From Candidatus Yanofskybacteria bacterium RIFCSPLOWO2_02_FULL_44_18 (GTDB lineage: Bacteria; Patescibacteriota; Minisyncoccia; 2-02-FULL-40-12; GWA2-44-9): 64,000 bases of DNA. A program made the translations under genes and the position numbers. The notes under the pieces were generated by a model. It saw nothing but the letters and a program-made list of their open reading frames with translations, ran no database searches and was not told the origin of the DNA. Each line of letters begins with the position of its first letter. Position 1 is the stretch's first letter. Below, in pieces: positions 47,093-55,847 of this stretch. The stretch covers positions 115,045-179,044 of the forward strand of contig MGKT01000006.1 in NCBI GenBank assembly GCA_001794755.1, in the 5' to 3' direction.

Positions 47093-47163
47093 CTGCCGGC
47101 CAGGGACTCGAACCCCAATACCATCCTCCAGAGGGATGTGTCCTACCATTAGACGAGCCGGCA
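47093..47163 (-). tRNA. tRNA-Gln(CUG)
   Basis: Reverse strand TGCCGGC-TC-GTCT-AATGGTA-GGAC-A-CATCC-CTCTGGA-GGATG-...-TTCGAGT-...-GCCGGCA-G; U1-A72 and G73 as in bacterial tRNA-Gln. Confidence 0.8.
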
Positions 47164-47229
47164 ATTATTAGATTCTACAATAAAAACTATGTTAAATCAA
47201 TTGAAATCTGGCAAGAAATATGAATACTT

Positions 47230-47709
47230 ATGCCAGTACATTGGAGAAAAAACATGGCAGTTCAGCCGAAATCAAAATACCGTTATCACTATGATGAGAT
47301 GAAGGAACCTTTTGATCTAGCCGTCAGAGACGCCGGAATCCATATTTGGCATGGGAGTCTCCATAAAGAAATTCTTTTTGATGCTGCTACGGCAGACAAA
47401 AAAATCTATTGGTTTGAGATTCCGACATACATGCTTACATCAAAAATCGCAGCTTCGATAAAAAAATCCGGTTTTATCTTTTCCGATGTTAAAAATTTTC
47501 TCCGCGAATTAAAAAAATTAGACGCCGCCGGCGAGATTATTTTCGGACGCCCTTATGTCTGCATGTTCACTGCCGAAGATGGCGGACAAGCTGGCACCGG
47601 CCTTGGCGCTATTGTCGCGCTTTACAATCATATTCAGCCAAGCTTGTCAGCCCTTCCATGCGGGGATGGCTGGGGCCGGTCATGTTTATTTGCAGTTTGC
47701 GCTCCCTGA
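47230..47709 (+). CDS. Hypothetical protein
   Basis: 159-aa ORF. Confidence 0.4.
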   Translation: MPVHWRKNMAVQPKSKYRYHYDEMKEPFDLAVRDAGIHIWHGSLHKEILFDAATADKKIYWFEIPTYMLTSKIAASIKKSGFIFSDVKNFLRELKKLDAAGEIIFGRPYVCMFTAEDGGQAGTGLGAIVALYNHIQPSLSALPCGDGWGRSCLFAVCAP

Positions 47710-47761
47710 CCGGGAGCTTTTTCTTCATTGCATATTTTAATACATGTGATATACCGCATGC

Positions 47762-48058
47762 ATGATTAAATATTTTGCGGTTGCAATATTGGTTGCCGCT
47801 TCGGTCTTAATTCCGGCTTCGGCTTTTGCCGGTTACGGCGGATACTCATATCCGGCGTATCAGTATGGCCAATACGGATACCCGTCGTACGGCTATCCGT
47901 CGTATGGTTATCCCTATGGTTTCAGGGATGATTTGGGGCTATTGGTCAATAGCCACGTGCAGATGATAAATCATTATGTGGCCCAATTTCCCCGTTATTA
48001 TCCCAATTATCCCATCCAGCCGTGCTGGTACGGAGGATGTTATTGGGCTCAGTGGTAA
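47762..48058 (+). CDS. Secreted Tyr/Gly-rich repetitive small protein
   Basis: Signal peptide; YGYPSYGYPSYGYPYG repeats. Confidence 0.5.
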   Translation: MIKYFAVAILVAASVLIPASAFAGYGGYSYPAYQYGQYGYPSYGYPSYGYPYGFRDDLGLLVNSHVQMINHYVAQFPRYYPNYPIQPCWYGGCYWAQW

Positions 48059-48059
48059 T

Positions 48060-48100
48060 CAAAAAGCGCCCTTCGACAAACTCGGGGCGCTTTTTGATTT
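48060..48100. terminator. Bidirectional rho-independent terminator
   Basis: aaaaagcgccc-ttcgacaaactc-ggggcgcttttt. Confidence 0.75.
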
Positions 48101-48106
48101 AACGGG

Positions 48107-49015
48107 CTATATTTTTAAAAATTTTCGGATAGCTATAAGGCTCGAGGCCGTTCCCAGCAGAACTCCGGCCAGCAGAATCAAGAATATATATTGAAAGAAG
48201 TTGGATATGAAATAACTGATTACGCTCACCTCCGGCATAAGGGAGGCAATTCGAGGCGATATTATATACGCCATCGGATAAAACAAGACCGCTGTCACTC
48301 CGGCCGCGATTACGCCGTAGACGGCGCCCTCAACCAGATATGGAGCTTTAATCTGCCAATTTGACCCGCCCACCAGCCTCATTATTTCTATCTCCTGCTT
48401 TTGATTATATATAGTCAAGCGTATGGTATTGAATGTCACCAGAACGGCTATCACCGCTAGAACCAATGTGGCCAGAAGCCCCCAATTCTTTAAACCGCCG
48501 GCAATTCCCTCAACCCTCTGTATCACAGCCTCATTTTCATAATAGTTTATCTTGTCGATTAATGTCCGGTATTTGTTGCCTTCCAACGCATTGGCTATTT
48601 CCGCGTACTTGGATGTATCTTTGGCTTTAATATTCAGAGAAGCCTGGAGGGGGTTTTCGGCCAATTCGGCCAGAGAATCTTGTATCAATGCGTCGCCGGC
48701 ATGGCGGGCCTTAAAATCGGCAAGGGCTTGCTCCCGGGAAATATATGTCACGCTTTTCACGTTCGGCATCGCTTCGACGTCTTTTTTAACTTCCAATATT
48801 TCATTCTCGTTGGCATCCTGCTTGAAATACGCACTGACATCAACTTTGTCTTGTAGGCTTGACACTATCTCGTCGGATAAGAAATTAACCGTCATTAATC
48901 CTGAAAACAGAATCAAAACCAGGACCATAATTCCTGTGGTGCCGATGCTCGTGTAAGTGTTGCGCCGGAAATTAGTCCAGGCGACATCAAATATTCTCTT
49001 TATTTTTTTCTTCAT
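48107..49015 (-). CDS. ftsX: Cell division permease FtsX
   Basis: Four TM with large periplasmic loop; FtsX topology; downstream of ftsE with overlap. Confidence 0.85.
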   Translation of the reverse strand: MKKKIKRIFDVAWTNFRRNTYTSIGTTGIMVLVLILFSGLMTVNFLSDEIVSSLQDKVDVSAYFKQDANENEILEVKKDVEAMPNVKSVTYISREQALADFKARHAGDALIQDSLAELAENPLQASLNIKAKDTSKYAEIANALEGNKYRTLIDKINYYENEAVIQRVEGIAGGLKNWGLLATLVLAVIAVLVTFNTIRLTIYNQKQEIEIMRLVGGSNWQIKAPYLVEGAVYGVIAAGVTAVLFYPMAYIISPRIASLMPEVSVISYFISNFFQYIFLILLAGVLLGTASSLIAIRKFLKI

Positions 49016-49707
49016 ATCACGTATTTGCCCTGCTCCATTTGGTCTCTGACTATTTTACCCGTGTCCATAGTTATTACCCGTCGGCCTATGGCGTTTACGA
49101 CTTCGTGATCATGGGTCGCCAATATTATCGTCGTTCCCAGTTCATTTATCTTTGTTAATAATTTTACCACATCGTATGTATTAACCATGTCCAAATTTCC
49201 TGTCGGCTCATCGGCCAGTATTACTTTGGGTCTGTGAATTAAAGCTCGAGCCACGGCTAATCTTTGTTTTTCGCCTCCCGAGAGTTGATGCGGAAAGTTG
49301 TTCATTTTATCGGCCATCCCGACGATGCCCAATACTTTAGGCACATCTTCGGCAATTTCTTCCGGCTCGACGCCGCAAACTTCCATTGCAAAAGCTACGT
49401 TTTCAAACGTGGTCTTGTTGGAAAGCAATTTAAAATCCTGGTAAACCGTTCCGATTTTTCTGCGTAAATACGGAACTTCACTTTGGGGAAGATCATTAAG
49501 ATTCATGCCTTCCACGGTTACAACGCCTTCGGTCGGCTTTAATTCGTGAGTGAGAAGTTTTAATAACGTCGACTTGCCTGCTCCAGAAGGTCCGACCAAA
49601 GACACGAATTCTCCATGCTTAATATGCAAATTGATTTCGTCTAGAGCCTTGAATTCTCCGTTTCCTTTCACATGGTAAACGGCGGAAACATCTTCAAATT
49701 TAATCAT
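49012..49707 (-). CDS. ftsE: Cell division ATP-binding protein FtsE
   Basis: GPSGAGKSTLLK Walker A, LSGGEKQRLAVARAL signature, ILADEPTGNLD Walker B. Confidence 0.9.
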   Translation of the reverse strand: MIKFEDVSAVYHVKGNGEFKALDEINLHIKHGEFVSLVGPSGAGKSTLLKLLTHELKPTEGVVTVEGMNLNDLPQSEVPYLRRKIGTVYQDFKLLSNKTTFENVAFAMEVCGVEPEEIAEDVPKVLGIVGMADKMNNFPHQLSGGEKQRLAVARALIHRPKVILADEPTGNLDMVNTYDVVKLLTKINELGTTIILATHDHEVVNAIGRRVITMDTGKIVRDQMEQGKYVI

Positions 49708-50449
49708 TATCTATAAACTTGTCCAAGTCGCCGTCCAGAACTTTATCGGGTTGCGATGATTTAATTCCGGTGCGGTGATCTTTAACCATTTGATACGGAT
49801 GCAGAACATACGACCTTATCTGGTTCCCCCATTCTATGGATCCGGGCTTGGCTTTCAATTCCGATATTTCTTTGACATGCTCTTCCTCCATTTTGTTTAT
49901 GAGCCGAGAATATAAAATCTGCAATGCTTTTTCTTTATTCTGGGCTTGAGATCTTTCTGATTGGACTGCCACGGAGATTCCTGTCGGTATATGAGTGATT
50001 CTGACCGCCGTCTCCAGCTTATTCACGTTTTGGCCGCCGGGGCCCGATGAGCGGAAAGTGTCAATTCTTAATTCTTTGTCTTCAATTTTTACTTCTCGAG
50101 CTGATATCTCCGGCAATATTTCCACCAAGGCAAATGATGTGTGCCTTAAATTTTTTGCCGAGAAAGGGGATATTCTTACCAGCCGGTGGACGCCATTTTC
50201 TTTTTTTAACGCATCATATGCGCCTTTGCCGGAAATTTCAGAGGCGGCGCTTTTTAAACCCTTCTGTTCCCCCAATGATTCATGCAAAACAACCATGTTC
50301 CAGCCTTTCTTCTGAATATACCGCTGATACATTCTAAAGAGCATGCCGGCCCAATCTTGAGCGTCCACTCCTCCAGCCCCAGAGAAGATGTATAAAAGGG
50401 CTTTATTTTTGTCATATTCCGCCACTCGGGAATTATACCAAAAAAACAA
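49700..50449 (-). CDS. prfB: Peptide chain release factor 2 lacking N-terminal domain 1 (domains 2-4 only; TTG start as called)
   Basis: SPF (LVRISPFSAKNLRHTSF) and GGQ (SGPGGQNVNKLETAVRITHIPTG) motifs; aligns to E. coli RF2 from about residue 110; only 65 nt upstream before divergent gene. Confidence 0.8.
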   Translation of the reverse strand: MFFWYNSRVAEYDKNKALLYIFSGAGGVDAQDWAGMLFRMYQRYIQKKGWNMVVLHESLGEQKGLKSAASEISGKGAYDALKKENGVHRLVRISPFSAKNLRHTSFALVEILPEISAREVKIEDKELRIDTFRSSGPGGQNVNKLETAVRITHIPTGISVAVQSERSQAQNKEKALQILYSRLINKMEEEHVKEISELKAKPGSIEWGNQIRSYVLHPYQMVKDHRTGIKSSQPDKVLDGDLDKFIDND

Positions 50450-50514
50450 GCTTATTCAAACAACTGTAAATATTTTTCACGCTCGATTCACCACAGAAGG
50501 TTATTCTATGTTCT

Positions 50515-51045
50515 ATGGGAATCAAAACAAATGCAATAACCTTTGCGGCCGTAATCATTTTTTCATCACAAACGGCGTTCGCGTCTACGGCCGGAGAAAA
50601 TACTTATGACATCAGCGGCAACTTAGAACCGATTATGGACCCGGCGATTGCGCCAGATAACATCATGACTTCTAATGTTGAAATGCTGCAAAAAAGGATA
50701 GAAATAGATTTAAGCGAGCAGACATTAAGCTACTATTACGGCCACCATTATAAAGTTGATGAGTTTAAAATATCTTCAGGTCTGCCCAAAACGCCTACTC
50801 CTACGGGTGAATTTGAAATAAAAGATAAAATCCCCGTCAAAGCTTACCGCGGCAGAGATTATTATTTGCCGAACACTCTTTGGAATTTGAAATTCATCGA
50901 CAGCGGATATTATATCCATGGCGCTTACTGGCACAACAATTTCGGTCAGCCCATGAGCCACGGCTGCATTAATGTCCCTTATTCAGAAATGGAAAATCTA
51001 TATGTTTTCGCCGATATCGGCACGAAAGTCATTATCAAAAAATAA
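50515..51045 (+). CDS. L,D-transpeptidase (YkuD domain)
   Basis: HGAYWHNNFGQPMSHGCINV catalytic His/Cys motif; signal peptide. Confidence 0.8.
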   Translation: MGIKTNAITFAAVIIFSSQTAFASTAGENTYDISGNLEPIMDPAIAPDNIMTSNVEMLQKRIEIDLSEQTLSYYYGHHYKVDEFKISSGLPKTPTPTGEFEIKDKIPVKAYRGRDYYLPNTLWNLKFIDSGYYIHGAYWHNNFGQPMSHGCINVPYSEMENLYVFADIGTKVIIKK

Positions 51046-51068
51046 CTTTATGAGATAACCAACATCAC

Positions 51069-51143
51069 TGGAGCCGCCTCCCAGATTTGCACTGGGGGTC
51101 TTCGCTTTACGAAAGCGCTGCTTTACTACTAAGCTAAGGCGGC
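51069..51143 (-). tRNA. tRNA-Thr(CGU), encoded CCA, atypical T-loop (G55)
   Basis: Reverse strand GCCGCCT-TA-GCTT-AGTAGTA-AAGC-A-GCGCT-TTCGTAA-AGCGA-AGACC-CCCAG-TGCAAAT-CTGGG-AGGCGGC-T-CCA. Confidence 0.55.
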
Positions 51144-51177
51144 AATTGTATTAATTTTACCAGAAATTAAGCGAACA

Positions 51178-51202
51178 AAAAAGGCCGTGTGGCCTTATTT
51201 AG
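51178..51202. terminator. Bidirectional hairpin terminator
   Basis: aaaaaggcc-gtgt-ggccttattt. Confidence 0.6.
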
Positions 51203-51755
51203 CTCCCCAAATTCCTGACCTTAATCTTTGACCAATCTGTTTTCTTCTCTCGACTTCGTCCAGAATGTCTTTGAATATTCTTTCTAGAGGGTCATAAAAA
51301 ATTCCCAATGTCCAATTTCCGGCATGGCGCGAAGTAAAAAAACGATGACTGCCATGAAAATGTTTAAATGCCCATGTCGCAACTTTACGGCCTTTTTTCT
51401 TGACTTCAACTTTGGCTCCAACCTCATGAAAACCGCATATGAGGCAAATTTTTGTGTATGATACGATCTTGCCGGATCTTACTTTTTCCCATTCTACATG
51501 AAATAGGTGGCGGCATATTCTTTTTAATTCGACAATTTTTTGAGCCCGGCTCTTAAATTGAGGATTGTTCTTTTTATCAATTATTTCCTGATGTAAACTT
51601 CTATCTTCTTCCGGGACAAGGGTACAAATTAAGGCTGGGGACATTGCATTTATCATTGCAGCTTCATGGCGCCGTGGAAATGCAATAAGTTTTCCTGTTT
51701 CCATAGTGCTCTCAAGTAACTGATGAAATTTTACATGGCAGAGTGAAAATTTCAA
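51195..51755 (-). CDS. Hypothetical Cys/His-rich protein (possible zinc-binding nuclease-like) nested between two tRNA genes
   Basis: 186 aa, TTG start; CLICGFHEVG...HFHGSHRFF motifs. Confidence 0.4.
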   Translation of the reverse strand: MKFSLCHVKFHQLLESTMETGKLIAFPRRHEAAMINAMSPALICTLVPEEDRSLHQEIIDKKNNPQFKSRAQKIVELKRICRHLFHVEWEKVRSGKIVSYTKICLICGFHEVGAKVEVKKKGRKVATWAFKHFHGSHRFFTSRHAGNWTLGIFYDPLERIFKDILDEVERRKQIGQRLRSGIWGAK

Positions 51756-51758
51756 GGA

Positions 51759-51829
51759 GCGGGATACGGGAGTTGAACCCGTGTCTTAACCTTGGGAAGG
51801 TCACGTTAGACCGCTTAACTAATCCCGCT
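51759..51829 (-). tRNA. tRNA-Gly(CCC)
   Basis: Reverse strand GCGGGAT-TA-GTTA-AGCGGTC-TAAC-G-TGACC-TTCCCAA-GGTTA-AGAC-ACGGG-TTCAACT-CCCGT-ATCCCGC-T. Confidence 0.75.
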
Positions 51830-52181
51830 TGAAAATATTTTTAATTTTTTGCCAAAATGAATAATCGCCTTCTTCGGACTTGCTGGCGATAGTTTCTTTG
51901 TTTTTATCTTCATAAAAGAAAACGACCTGCTCTCCGATTGATTTATAGTTCAACTTTATCCTCGCTTCCTTATCCAGAAATCCGGGATTATTCAAATTGG
52001 CAATATACAGTTCAAGGGCCCGGTTAGTTTTTTCGATATCGGAGGCTTTTGATTCCAGTCCCGATATTTCAGAAGCCAGCTCTTTTTTCCTGTCGTCGAG
52101 CTTCAGTAAGTTAACGCCGAGCCAAAAAATCATAATAATCAACGCCGCTGTTATTATTTTCAATGGAAGTATGTTTCTCAT
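51819..52181 (-). CDS. Septum formation initiator-like (FtsB/DivIC-type) membrane coiled-coil protein
   Basis: N-terminal TM, then coiled coil LDDRKKELASEISGLESKASDIEKTNRALE; last codons overlap 5' end of tRNA-Gly. Confidence 0.55.
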   Translation of the reverse strand: MRNILPLKIITAALIIMIFWLGVNLLKLDDRKKELASEISGLESKASDIEKTNRALELYIANLNNPGFLDKEARIKLNYKSIGEQVVFFYEDKNKETIASKSEEGDYSFWQKIKNIFKRD

Positions 52182-52305
52182 ATCAAAAAAATCTGTTAAT
52201 ATCCAATCATGAAGAAAAGCGTGCGCGTAATATGGGTCATTATCTCCATTTTAGTGGCAATATCAATGGTCGCTTTTCTCTCCGTCCCTCTATTATACTA
52301 GTATA

Positions 52306-54090
52306 TTAACGTTTCAACATTTTTAGGAACACTTCTTGGGGAATATTGACCCTTCCTCTTTCTTTCATCTTTTCTTTTCCCTTTTTCTGTTTTTCCAAAA
52401 GCTTCATTTTTCTGGTCACGTCGCCTCCGTACAGATATCCGGTTACGTCTTTTCTCCGGGCTCGGATAGTTTCTCTGGCGATAATCTTGCCGCCGATGGC
52501 AGCTTGAATGGGAACCTCAAACCATTGCGGCGGAATTACGTCTTTTAATTTGGCAACAACAGCCCGGCCTTCAAAAAACGCTTTCTCTCTGGGCACAATC
52601 TTCGAAAACGGCTCAACCAAATCTCCGGCCACCAGAATATTAAGCCTTACCAAATCGCTGACTTGTATGCCCATGGGTTCATAACCCATGGAAGCGTAGC
52701 CAGATGAAACGCTTTTTAGCTTGTCATAGAAATCAGTAACAATTTCTGATAATGGGATTTCATATTTCAATACCGCGGTTTCTTTGCCGATATATTCCGT
52801 GTCTCGATATACGTTGCGTATCGTGGACGTTAACTCCATAATATTGCCCAGATATTCCACCGGCGTTATTATCTCCAAACTTACCACCGGTTCGGAAATA
52901 CTCTTAATCTTTGAGAAATCAGGCAGCATTGAGGCTGATCTGATTTTTATTTTTTCTCCGTTAGACATTAAAATCTCATATTCGACGGAAGGCGACGATA
53001 TAATCAGATTCAGATTAAATTCTCTTTTTAGTCTTTCCGATATTATCTCCACATGGAGCATGCCCAAAAATCCCAAGCGGAATCCCCTCCCCAATCCGCC
53101 CGATGATTCAACTTCATACACAAGCGAAGCGTCTGTTAATTTAAGCTTGGCCAGGGCGTCTTTAAGCAAATCATAATCGTCGGCATTTTCGGGAAAAAAG
53201 CTGGCAAACACCATCGGCCGGGGTTCTTTATAGCCGGGCAAGGGTTCAAATTGATTTTGGGAAATATTGGTGACGGTGTCGCCGACACGGATTAAACCCG
53301 GGTCTTTAAATCCGGTGGCGATGTAGCCGATACTGCCCGTTTTAATTCCCTCATCGGCAATCAAAGACGGAGAAAAATATCCGGCTTCAATGACGTCTGT
53401 TCGGGCTTTGGTGGCAAAAGCCAAAATCTTATCGCCTCTTTTGACTTGACCTTCAAATACGCGGACATAGGCTAAAACTCCTTTGTAGGCATCGAATGTG
53501 GAATCGAATATTAATGCTTTAAGGGGGGCATGTTCATCCGCCTGTTTTGGTTCGGGGATTTTTTCGATGACTGCTTCCAGAACTTTCTCGACGTTGGCTC
53601 CCGTTTTGGCTGATATTCCTATTATCTCCTCCGGTTCCACGGCCAAGAGATACGACAACTCTTCTTTAATATGTTCCGTGCGGGCGTTAGATAAATCAAT
53701 CTTGTTTATCACCGGAATAATTTTTAAATTTTGGGCTTGGGCTAAATGAAGATTGGCCAGAGTCTGGGCTTGTATGCCCTTGGACGCATCAACGAGCAAT
53801 ACCGCGCCCTCTACCGCGGCCAGAGAACGAGAAACTTCATATGAAAAATCAACATGGCCGGGAGTGTCAATCAGATTCAATTCATATTTTTTTTCGTCAT
53901 GGATATACGCCATCCGCACCGGCTGAAGCTTGATGGTAATGCCTCTTTCTCTTTCCAAATCCATTTGGTCGAGATACTGTTCGTGCATTTTTCTCTTTTC
54001 GACTGTTCCCGTCAATTCCAAAAAACGGTCGGCCAATGTCGACTTTCCGGCGTCTATGTGGGCGATTATACAGAAGTTTCTGATATTCAT
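52306..54090 (-). CDS. lepA: Elongation factor 4 (LepA)
   Basis: NFCIIAHIDAGKST, DTPGHVDF G-domain motifs plus LepA-specific C-terminal domain. Confidence 0.95.
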   Translation of the reverse strand: MNIRNFCIIAHIDAGKSTLADRFLELTGTVEKRKMHEQYLDQMDLERERGITIKLQPVRMAYIHDEKKYELNLIDTPGHVDFSYEVSRSLAAVEGAVLLVDASKGIQAQTLANLHLAQAQNLKIIPVINKIDLSNARTEHIKEELSYLLAVEPEEIIGISAKTGANVEKVLEAVIEKIPEPKQADEHAPLKALIFDSTFDAYKGVLAYVRVFEGQVKRGDKILAFATKARTDVIEAGYFSPSLIADEGIKTGSIGYIATGFKDPGLIRVGDTVTNISQNQFEPLPGYKEPRPMVFASFFPENADDYDLLKDALAKLKLTDASLVYEVESSGGLGRGFRLGFLGMLHVEIISERLKREFNLNLIISSPSVEYEILMSNGEKIKIRSASMLPDFSKIKSISEPVVSLEIITPVEYLGNIMELTSTIRNVYRDTEYIGKETAVLKYEIPLSEIVTDFYDKLKSVSSGYASMGYEPMGIQVSDLVRLNILVAGDLVEPFSKIVPREKAFFEGRAVVAKLKDVIPPQWFEVPIQAAIGGKIIARETIRARRKDVTGYLYGGDVTRKMKLLEKQKKGKEKMKERGRVNIPQEVFLKMLKR

Positions 54091-54126
54091 TTAATATTTA
54101 GCAAAGCCCCGGGGACGGGGCTTGGG

Positions 54127-54465
54127 TTAGCTGGCCTTTTCGACGGCCTTTTTTAAATCCTTGAGCCGTCCGCTATTGTCGGGGTAAAGAAAATCATTCT
54201 TAGTTTTCTCAACTAGTTCGTTATACACATCCAGGCATCTCGAGCATCGGCTCGATTCCAGATGAAGACGCATAAGAGCTTTTTCTTCACCGGAGAAATT
54301 ATCCGGATTTTCGGCGCCAAAGACCATCGCCTGATCGACACAATCCGGATGTTCGGGGTCATCGCCGCCGTTAAACACAACTTCTCGAGCACTTCTTCTT
54401 CTGTTTTCGGGGCTGTTCGGATCTTTTTTAGGGTCGGCCTGCGGCGGCCAGTTTCGTTCTCGCAT
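54127..54465 (-). CDS. Hypothetical protein
   Basis: 112 aa, charged, with C-terminal CSRC motif. Confidence 0.4.
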   Translation of the reverse strand: MRERNWPPQADPKKDPNSPENRRRSAREVVFNGGDDPEHPDCVDQAMVFGAENPDNFSGEEKALMRLHLESSRCSRCLDVYNELVEKTKNDFLYPDNSGRLKDLKKAVEKAS

Positions 54466-54511
54466 TATAGTTCCTTAATATACTGCCGTTATTCTACATG
54501 AAAAATCACTT

Positions 54512-55840
54512 CTAGTAAAGACGGTATTTGGTATTGAAGATTATTAAAAGCAAAATAAAATGAATGTTGTACGCAATTGCCGTGGCAACGGCGATTCCCC
54601 GCACGCCCATATCAAATTTCAAGCCTAATATGTAGCTAAGGGCCACATTTAAAGCAATCGCGAAAACAGAAACCCAAAAAGGCGTTTTTGTGTTCTGAAA
54701 AGAATAATAGGCTCTGGTTACGACATGCATCAGACTTTGGGACACGGCGCTGAACATGAAAATTCCGACCACCGATGCCGTCAGGGCCCGATCCGCATCT
54801 TTGAATTGGCCGACTTTAAATATGGCGTCAACGATTATGTTTCTGAAAATAAATATGGCAACGGCCAGAAGGCCAGTGAAAACAAGAGTCAGCCAGAGAG
54901 CATGGTTGAGTTTCTTTTTAAATTCCAACAGTTCATTTTTCGCGGCGTGTGTTGATAATTGGGGAAATACGGCTGTGGCCAGAGAAATACCGACAATAGA
55001 AATAGGGACAAACTGAAGATTGGTGGCCAGATTGAGAATTGTGATACTGCCGCTTCCAAGCAACGAAGCTATGCTTGTAATAACGACCAGACCGATATTA
55101 TAGGCGCCCAAAGCAAGCGTTCTTGGCAGCATAAGCGATATCATCCGCCTGAAGGCACCGTCGTATATATCAAACAGCAGAGTGAACCGGAACCCGGCCC
55201 GCCAGGCTACGGGCAACTGTATAAGAAGATGAAGCAAGGCTCCAAGAACGACACCGAAGCCCAAGCCGTATATTCCAAGATAGCCCCAACTCTCAAAGAG
55301 CGGAACAAACCATATTGCCCCAACAATAATGCCGAGATTGTAAAATATCGAAGCCAAAGAATATACCAGAAAACGCTGCAGAGCCTGAAGGATGGAACCC
55401 AGAATCGTGCTTACCGCGAATATAATCGAACTAATCAGCATTATCCTAATCAACATTGCCAGAACGTGCGCTTGAGAAGAAGTAAATCCCGGTCCAATCA
55501 AACCGGCCAAAGGTTCGGCGAAAATCATAACAACGACGGAAACCGCTAAAATTCCCGCCGCCATGACATTCAAGAAATTCTGGGCGGCGCGCCAAGCGGT
55601 CGAAATTTCCTTGTGATAATATTCCAGAAAAATCGGCACGATTGCCGATGATGTCGCACCAAGAATAAATAAGTTGAAGATGAGATCCGGAATTCTGAAA
55701 GCCGCGTAATACACGTCAAGCTCGGACGAAGCGCCGAATTGGCCGGCCAGTATCCGATCGCGGTACAGCCCAATCAATTTGCCGATAATCGTAAAAAAGG
55801 CCAGCAGAGCTCCGGCCCGAAAAATTTTAGACTTGAACAT
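54512..55840 (-). CDS. murJ: Lipid II flippase MurJ (MviN)
   Basis: N-term GKLIGLYRDRILAGQFGASSELDVYYAAFRIPD signature; 12-14 TM. Confidence 0.85.
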   Translation of the reverse strand: MFKSKIFRAGALLAFFTIIGKLIGLYRDRILAGQFGASSELDVYYAAFRIPDLIFNLFILGATSSAIVPIFLEYYHKEISTAWRAAQNFLNVMAAGILAVSVVVMIFAEPLAGLIGPGFTSSQAHVLAMLIRIMLISSIIFAVSTILGSILQALQRFLVYSLASIFYNLGIIVGAIWFVPLFESWGYLGIYGLGFGVVLGALLHLLIQLPVAWRAGFRFTLLFDIYDGAFRRMISLMLPRTLALGAYNIGLVVITSIASLLGSGSITILNLATNLQFVPISIVGISLATAVFPQLSTHAAKNELLEFKKKLNHALWLTLVFTGLLAVAIFIFRNIIVDAIFKVGQFKDADRALTASVVGIFMFSAVSQSLMHVVTRAYYSFQNTKTPFWVSVFAIALNVALSYILGLKFDMGVRGIAVATAIAYNIHFILLLIIFNTKYRLY

Positions 55841-55847
55841 TAAGTAT

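Noticed and set aside
50450-50515. Programmed +1 frameshift site (CUU UGA C) and upstream ORF1 for prfB
   Set aside because: Searched the 65-nt upstream region on the reverse strand. There is no CTTTGAC motif and no upstream ORF; an in-frame TGA lies 3 codons upstream, so the gene genuinely lacks the N-terminal segment here.
51195-51830. 1-nt coordinate inconsistency between my hand-indexed positions and the ORF track in this region
   Set aside because: Probably a counting slip on my side. Track coordinates were used for the CDSs, and the hand-derived tRNA and motif coordinates carry a tolerance of 1-2 nt.
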